Assembly (NCBI GenBank): GCA_964590575.1
Contig: CAZPWM010000068.1
Location: forward strand, 1 to 16,948
DNA length: 16,948 bases
DNA from: an uncultured archaeon
Lineage (GTDB): Archaea > Asgardarchaeota > Thorarchaeia > Thorarchaeales > Thorarchaeaceae
Direction of reading: 5' to 3'
The notes beneath the pieces are model-generated. The model was not told where the DNA came from, did not search any database, and saw only the letters and a list, made by a program, of their open reading frames with translations. Shown in pieces: positions 8,401 to 13,573 of this stretch. The stretch's first letter is position 1. Every line of letters begins with the position of its first letter. The position numbers and the translations under genes are program-made.

Positions 8401-9990
8401 CTATGGTAGCGGTGGACTAATCGTCACATCCTTCTCCCAGACAACTTCGTAGGCATATTCGATGTTCTTCTTCTCGTTCGGATCGAGTTCTCTGTGCCAC
8501 TCAATCACTCCAAGTTCATGTTTCTTAGCGGCCACTTTTTCCCAGTCGATTTTGACTTCGATTTGCGTGCTCACACTATGGGGGACTCGATCAAACACCT
8601 CAATCTCAATCTTCCTCTTTGAAAAGCTCTGAATCTCAAGTCTGTAGTTGTATGAACGTCTGAGCTTTCCACGAAGCACCCCTGCTTTTTCCATATCACG
8701 TTCAACAAGTTTCTTTTCAGCCTTCACATCATATGCGACTCGTGTCCCAATCTTGAACTCCTCTCGAGGTGAGATTTGACCTATCGAGGTTTCTCCAATA
8801 TAATCTCCTTCCGAGAATACTTTCATTTTCCCTGGGAGGATGACATTGTCGTTATTAACGACTTTATCCTGTGCAACGACTTCTGCCATTCCTTCAGCAT
8901 ACCAATAGTGAATGGTTGAAGATTTGAGCTCCTCTTCAATCAGAGTTACTGGATGTCGTTCATTATCTGAGGGAATTGTCATCTTCTTGGGTAGCTCATA
9001 GACTGCAATCCCTGAAACCGTTTCCACTGCCTCTGCGAATTCCTCTACAATCTCTGGAGGTGGTGCTGGTGGTGCGAAACCTCCAACACCAGCTGCTTTC
9101 ATTTTTGGTGAAGGTCTTGGTATTCTGTCCCTTCGTGCCATTCCTTCAAAAGATGCTCTCTCAACTTCAGGGTCATATGCCGTAATGAAGAAAGGTCTAC
9201 CCTCAATCGCTTCTATGGGCCGTGCTGTTGCGGTTGATATAATCAAATCAATCTCTGACCAGTCTTCCTGAGTCTGATTTGTGACCATAGCCAACCGTCG
9301 AAGATTAGCCTTCTCAGGTAGCAGATCAACATCATAACGCGGGGCCCATGCAGCTCCCGATGTCTGGTATGTAACATCCAGCTCGATATCAGATGCTGAT
9401 GAAACTTCTAAAGACACCTCCACGGAATAGGTGGAAACTGTTTTTCTCTCTGATTTAATTCTACCAATGTTATTCCTAAGAACCTGCATTTTGTTATCTA
9501 TTTCTATGAGATCTTCGTTTAGCTTTCGAATCTCCTGCTGAACGTCGCCAGCTATCTTCGCAGACTTCTTATCCATCTCTGTGAGTGATTTTATATCTCC
9601 CTCATTGGCTGCATAAACCATTCCAAAGTGATTAGTGAACTCAGCAACCATGTCATTGATCTGCACCAGTCGATTCTGTTGAAATTCTATCTCATCTTGA
9701 ACTCCAATCCTTTTCTTCTCCAACCCTTTGAGTTCATCATAGAGTGGTTTGATGTCAGCTGAAGGTTCGTAAACCTCGGTTGTACTCTGAACATCGATGC
9801 TCGAGAGTTTCGCAGGTCCACGACCTTTAACACGAAAGCTATCAGCTTGAGCGTAATTAGTGATCCCAGTCGCCAAAACCTTCTGCGGTCCGGGATTCAG
9901 TTTCGCAGTTCCGGTTCTAGTCACCCTCGCAGCATCACGGAACACTGTCACATTCGATATTGTTGTCTGAAGATTCGTCAAGTCATTCAT
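8401..9990 (-). CDS. DUF4140 + coiled coil + DUF4139 protein (MuiA / TIGR02231-like), copy 1; start set at ATG 9990 (ORF track extends to 10017)
   Basis: ISNVTVFRDAARVTR...DSFRVKG, coiled coil, AAWAPRYDV, AMVTNQTQEDWSEIDLIISTA, TIPSDN, ILPG..GDYIGET, FDRVPHS, GVIEW. ATG 9990 aligns with the start of the paralogue, whereas ATG 10017 falls inside the apparent TATA box. Confidence 0.9.
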   Translation of the reverse strand: MNDLTNLQTTISNVTVFRDAARVTRTGTAKLNPGPQKVLATGITNYAQADSFRVKGRGPAKLSSIDVQSTTEVYEPSADIKPLYDELKGLEKKRIGVQDEIEFQQNRLVQINDMVAEFTNHFGMVYAANEGDIKSLTEMDKKSAKIAGDVQQEIRKLNEDLIEIDNKMQVLRNNIGRIKSERKTVSTYSVEVSLEVSSASDIELDVTYQTSGAAWAPRYDVDLLPEKANLRRLAMVTNQTQEDWSEIDLIISTATARPIEAIEGRPFFITAYDPEVERASFEGMARRDRIPRPSPKMKAAGVGGFAPPAPPPEIVEEFAEAVETVSGIAVYELPKKMTIPSDNERHPVTLIEEELKSSTIHYWYAEGMAEVVAQDKVVNNDNVILPGKMKVFSEGDYIGETSIGQISPREEFKIGTRVAYDVKAEKKLVERDMEKAGVLRGKLRRSYNYRLEIQSFSKRKIEIEVFDRVPHSVSTQIEVKIDWEKVAAKKHELGVIEWHRELDPNEKKNIEYAYEVVWEKDVTISPPLP

Positions 9991-10011
9991 CCCTACCGCT
10001 CGAAGAACATC

Positions 10012-10047
10012 AAGCATTTTATGCTTTTTTAGACTCCTCTCTAGAGG
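10012..10047 (-). promoter_or_regulatory. Putative promoter of the DUF4139 pair, overlapped by palindromes
   Basis: Minus strand AAAAAAG-CATAAAA about 27 bp upstream of ATG 9990; palindromes AAGCAT-TTT-ATGCTT (10012-10026) and CCTCT-CT-AGAGG (10036-10047). Confidence 0.45.
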
Positions 10048-10055
10048 GTTTTTGC

Positions 10056-11300
10056 TCAGTTCCCAATATCATAGGGGAGTTTGATTAAGAAGCAACATCC
10101 AGGTTGATCTATTTTGATTAGCTCAATCGATCCTTCTTCTGATTCGATGATAGTCTTGGATAGATATAGACCCAATCCCCTGTCCTCAGTTCCAGTCGAC
10201 ACTCCCTTCTCAAACAGATTCTCTCGAATCGAGGGGTCAATCCCTGGACCATCGTCTCCAAAAAGAACTTCAAGATTCTCATTTGCTTTTGAAATCTTGA
10301 TTTCCACTTTCGGGTCATTTCCCGCATGCTGAGCAACATTCCGGAGTAGATTCTCAAAAGCCAGTGCTATTAGCCTTCCATATTTCGGGGGGTTCTGTCG
10401 GACTTCATCTGTAACATTAATTGCAACAAGCATTCCTTTGAAAGCAATCTCAGCTCGTTTTCCAATCTTTTCCAGGACTGTGAGGATGTCTGTGTCTAGC
10501 TCCATATCCGACATTGAGAAGATATGAAGGAGACTTCTCATCCTATGCGCCGCTGCATACGTAGACTCCAAGAATGCGGCTTGTCTAGGTTCCCCATTAG
10601 CCATCTGTGAAAGCTCTATTCCTCCTAATATCATTTGCAAATCGTTGCCGAGGTCATGTCTCAATAAACTCGTGTATATCTCTAATTCCCTTTTCCTCGC
10701 TGCAAGGTTTCTATTACTACTTTCGAGTCCCTTGGAATAGAAGTCCTGTGTCCATGATGTGAATACCAAAAGAATTGAGATAGCAACGTATATAGCTATT
10801 AACTCAATAACATCACTGAGGATAATTCCCGGGTGCGTTACTGACAGGATTATGAGAGCTGTTGTGATCCCCCCCACAAGTAAATACTGTTTCCTAATTG
10901 GTAGTAATTGACTTCCTACAAGGACTGAGAGCACCGGCCAAGTTAGTATTTGCATCGCCAGTAGCCCTTTTGTCCAAACAGGATACAATATAATTATCGC
11001 AAAGGGAATACATGCAGCGCATGTAATGGTGAGAGCGGATGCCCGCCTTAGATTTGCTGTGCCACTTATTAAGTAGACTCCAGCGAAGATAATAGTCAAA
11101 ACCGAGAATACTGGATGGCCTACGACTGGTTCACTAGTAATTTGAAGGATAGGAAATGCACAAACAGCTGTGAATATAGCAGTCCTGAGAAACCTAGCTT
11201 TTCTTCTTTCTCCACCTTCAGTGATTGCTGGAGCAGGACTAGTGAGGGTTCTTGGAAGGTCTAGTATTTTCTTGAGAAGAACCTTCATTTCTGATTGCAT
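10056..11300 (-). CDS. Membrane-bound sensor histidine kinase (about 6 TM helices + HisKA + HATPase_c); start uncertain (ATG 11300 or 11288; ORF track extends to 11375)
   Basis: H-box LLRHDLGNDLQMILG, N-box FENLLRNVAQH, G1 DDGPGI, F-box NLFEKG, G2 GLGLYLSK; the N-terminal half is a series of hydrophobic helices with short loops. Confidence 0.93.
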   Translation of the reverse strand: MQSEMKVLLKKILDLPRTLTSPAPAITEGGERRKARFLRTAIFTAVCAFPILQITSEPVVGHPVFSVLTIIFAGVYLISGTANLRRASALTITCAACIPFAIIILYPVWTKGLLAMQILTWPVLSVLVGSQLLPIRKQYLLVGGITTALIILSVTHPGIILSDVIELIAIYVAISILLVFTSWTQDFYSKGLESSNRNLAARKRELEIYTSLLRHDLGNDLQMILGGIELSQMANGEPRQAAFLESTYAAAHRMRSLLHIFSMSDMELDTDILTVLEKIGKRAEIAFKGMLVAINVTDEVRQNPPKYGRLIALAFENLLRNVAQHAGNDPKVEIKISKANENLEVLFGDDGPGIDPSIRENLFEKGVSTGTEDRGLGLYLSKTIIESEEGSIELIKIDQPGCCFLIKLPYDIGN

Positions 11301-11409
11301 TTTTTGAGCATCCCTCACTGATATACGCTCCAATCTGCCACGAATAAATTGACCATCAGGTCGTGCGGTGTGCATCCGAGTTGTTCAAACGACCATTATA
11401 TGAATGTGG

Positions 11410-11510
11410 TGGTTTCGAAATTCACTTTCTGGTATACCATTTCTGGACTTTTGAATATTTATGGATATATATTATGTTTCTATGTTATAACATATATATT
11501 TATAATATGA
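11410..11510. promoter_or_regulatory. AT-rich divergent promoter region with several perfect palindromes
   Basis: TTTCGAAA (11413-11420), TGGTATACCA (11430-11439), TATGTTATAACATA (11481-11494) and several TATA-like runs lie between the divergent kinase and small gene. Confidence 0.55.
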
Positions 11511-11557
11511 AATGCCCTCTATGTCCACATACCACACTTGTATAGGAGTATAATAGG

Positions 11558-11869
11558 ATGAGCAGAGACAGTAGTACGATGGCAGGCGATAGCGGTACAT
11601 CCTGGGGGAAGGTGGGTCGGTCAATGAACAGCTCAAACTCTCTTGCTTTCATGGAGATCAGGCTTCGCACTCTTAGTAAGGCACTTGATGAGGTTAAGAC
11701 GAAACGAGTGCGCCTTGAACAAGCATTGCGTCGAGGTCATGTACCTGAGTCCGAGTACGCCAGCTCCTTGCTTCAACTAATAGTTGAAAGTAACTCATTA
11801 TCTAAGGAGAGAGATGAAGTCACTGAGCGAGTAAAGGACCTGAAAAACAACGGTCTTGTCCAGCGATAG
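11558..11869 (+). CDS. Small helical-hairpin protein with a steadiness-box/Vps28/SHOCT-like motif; alternative start ATG 11624
   Basis: AGGAG upstream of ATG 11558 and AAGGTGG upstream of ATG 11624; amphipathic helix, then LEQALRRGHVPESEY turn, then a second amphipathic helix; followed by a T-rich tract at about 11874-11885. Confidence 0.75.
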   Translation: MSRDSSTMAGDSGTSWGKVGRSMNSSNSLAFMEIRLRTLSKALDEVKTKRVRLEQALRRGHVPESEYASSLLQLIVESNSLSKERDEVTERVKDLKNNGLVQR

Positions 11870-12062
11870 ATGCTTTCAGTTTTTCGAAACAAGGGTTTGG
11901 GATCTTGATAGTGCTAAAACTAATGACACGCAACCAATCTTCCATTTCCCCCCTCTCATAGTTCAGGATTTTCGCTCGCCCATCTTTCAAATGGTTACTC
12001 GTTTCTTTAAATCAAACATACTTTGAATGCAAGCCATTCCAAGAAGAAAATAGCTTCCAATA

Positions 12063-12109
12063 AGACCACTTTGAGGACTTTCAAGGGAGTGGTCTCGAAT
12101 TCCTTGAAA
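12063..12109. other. Two interlocked perfect 8-bp inverted repeats (pseudoknot or switch topology) in intergenic DNA
   Basis: AGACCACT (12063-12070) pairs with AGTGGTCT (12088-12095); TTTCAAGG (12079-12086) pairs with CCTTGAAA (12102-12109). Confidence 0.55.
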
Positions 12110-12194
12110 TCGATCTGCCCCAAAAGACGTGAACAAAGATACTTAATAGTCCCTTCAACCCCTAATTCTCACTGCGATAGAAGGAGGAGATTGT

Positions 12195-13529
12195 TTGCTC
12201 ACACGTGTCCAGAAGATCTACTTCGGCATGGCTCGTCTGGGTCCAAGTATGATGCTTGATACGCTAGACTTGGCAGGTGCTTTGTTCTATTTCTCAATAC
12301 AGTCTCTGCCTGCTATTTTCACAGGTACTGCAATTGCCCTAAGCTATCTGTCTATTATGGCATCTGAGCTTACATTTGGGAATTTGAGTGATAGAACTCC
12401 AACAAAGCGGTGGGGTCGAAGAAAACCTTTCATCATGGTCGGAGCTCCTTTAATGGCAATTACTTTCATGATGGTGTTTAGTCCACATCTGTTCCTTGCA
12501 CAGGGGAATGTCATAGGTCTATTCTTCTATGCCACTATCACTATGAGTCTGTTCAAGGTATTCTATGGGATGACAATGACCCCCTTCCAATCATGGATGC
12601 CAGAACTCACTGAACCTGAAGAACGTCCTGCAGTTTCTTCCAGGCAAAATGTCGCAAACTTCATGGGCTTTGTTGTTGGGACCTTTGGAGCAGCACTTCT
12701 TGCCATCGAAGCTGCTTGGACTCTCCCACCTGTGATACTGTATATGATTCTGGGATTCATCCTCATTCAACTATTAGGATTCATTCCTTCCCTCCGGAAT
12801 CTAAGCCAAGAAGGGAAGTTCATCCCTCAACCATCAATCAAAAAGGACCTGCGACGAGCTCTCAAAGACCGAGACTTTGTCGGTTGGCTTGTCGCTCAGG
12901 GGTTGCTCTCAGTAGGAATCTCTATGGTTGTGCGAACAGCATTCCCTTACATCAATGATTTTCTGACCTTCGGAGTCACTGAATTCATCATATTTGGAGT
13001 GGAACTACTCTCAGTTGTCTTTGTGTTCTTCCTCATCTATCAAGTTTCAATAAAGAAGAAAGGTAAACGATTCACACTCCAACTCTCAATGATGCTAGCT
13101 GTGATCTCGCTACCATTCACACTTGTGATTGGCACAGCTACAGCGGGATTCACACTTCTTGCATTCGTAGGAGCAGGAGTTGCAGGGTACTATCTCTTCC
13201 CGTATATTGTCTATGCTGACTTTGCACACAAGGATGAAATAATGACTGGAGAGGGTCGTGCAGGATTTTACACGAGCTTTCCATCTATCCCCCTGAATGG
13301 TATGAACGCTTTCTCAGCTTTCCTCTGGGGTGTTATCTTTGCCCTTCCATCGACCATCATTGTCCCAGGGACAACTGACTTGGTTTCACAAGGATACCTA
13401 CTCTGGGGTCCGATCGCGGCATTGTTCATCTTCCTGTCTGTGTTGGTGCTCTTCAAGGTCGATATTGATCCTGATTTCAATGAATTAAATGCAGAATATT
13501 CAACAGATAGAGAGGAAATCATTCCATAA
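12195..13529 (+). CDS. MFS transporter, glycoside-pentoside-hexuronide (MelB-like, MFS_2) family
   Basis: TTG start with strong AGGAGGAG RBS and TATA-like CTTAATA at 12142-12148; about 12 hydrophobic segments; family motifs GNLSDRTPTKRWGRRKPFI, PFQSWMPELTEPEER and ADFAHKDEIMTGEGRAGFY. Confidence 0.92.
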   Translation: MLTRVQKIYFGMARLGPSMMLDTLDLAGALFYFSIQSLPAIFTGTAIALSYLSIMASELTFGNLSDRTPTKRWGRRKPFIMVGAPLMAITFMMVFSPHLFLAQGNVIGLFFYATITMSLFKVFYGMTMTPFQSWMPELTEPEERPAVSSRQNVANFMGFVVGTFGAALLAIEAAWTLPPVILYMILGFILIQLLGFIPSLRNLSQEGKFIPQPSIKKDLRRALKDRDFVGWLVAQGLLSVGISMVVRTAFPYINDFLTFGVTEFIIFGVELLSVVFVFFLIYQVSIKKKGKRFTLQLSMMLAVISLPFTLVIGTATAGFTLLAFVGAGVAGYYLFPYIVYADFAHKDEIMTGEGRAGFYTSFPSIPLNGMNAFSAFLWGVIFALPSTIIVPGTTDLVSQGYLLWGPIAALFIFLSVLVLFKVDIDPDFNELNAEYSTDREEIIP

Positions 13530-13573
13530 TATGAGCTTGCTCTGCATTTCACGCCTTTGCATAACAAGATGTG

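Noticed and set aside
7120-8733. Exact repeat CAGCCTTCACATCATA at about 7120-7135 and 8718-8733
   Set aside because: It encodes the conserved YDVKAE peptide of the two paralogues; not an att site or mobile-element end.
5801-10357. Short alternative-frame or antisense ORFs inside the peptidase, DUF4139 and kinase genes
   Set aside because: Nested in or largely overlapping well-supported CDSs, with no recognisable features.
11363-11545. 60-aa ORF ending in KCPLCPH
   Set aside because: It crosses the AT-rich promoter region with Tyr/Ile low complexity, a GTG start and no RBS; the CxxC is likely chance.
12023-12259. 78-aa ORF overlapping the MFS start, considered as a frameshift-linked leader upstream of the pseudoknot
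   Set aside because: No canonical X-XXY-YYZ slippery heptamer precedes the stems, and the MFS gene has its own strong RBS.
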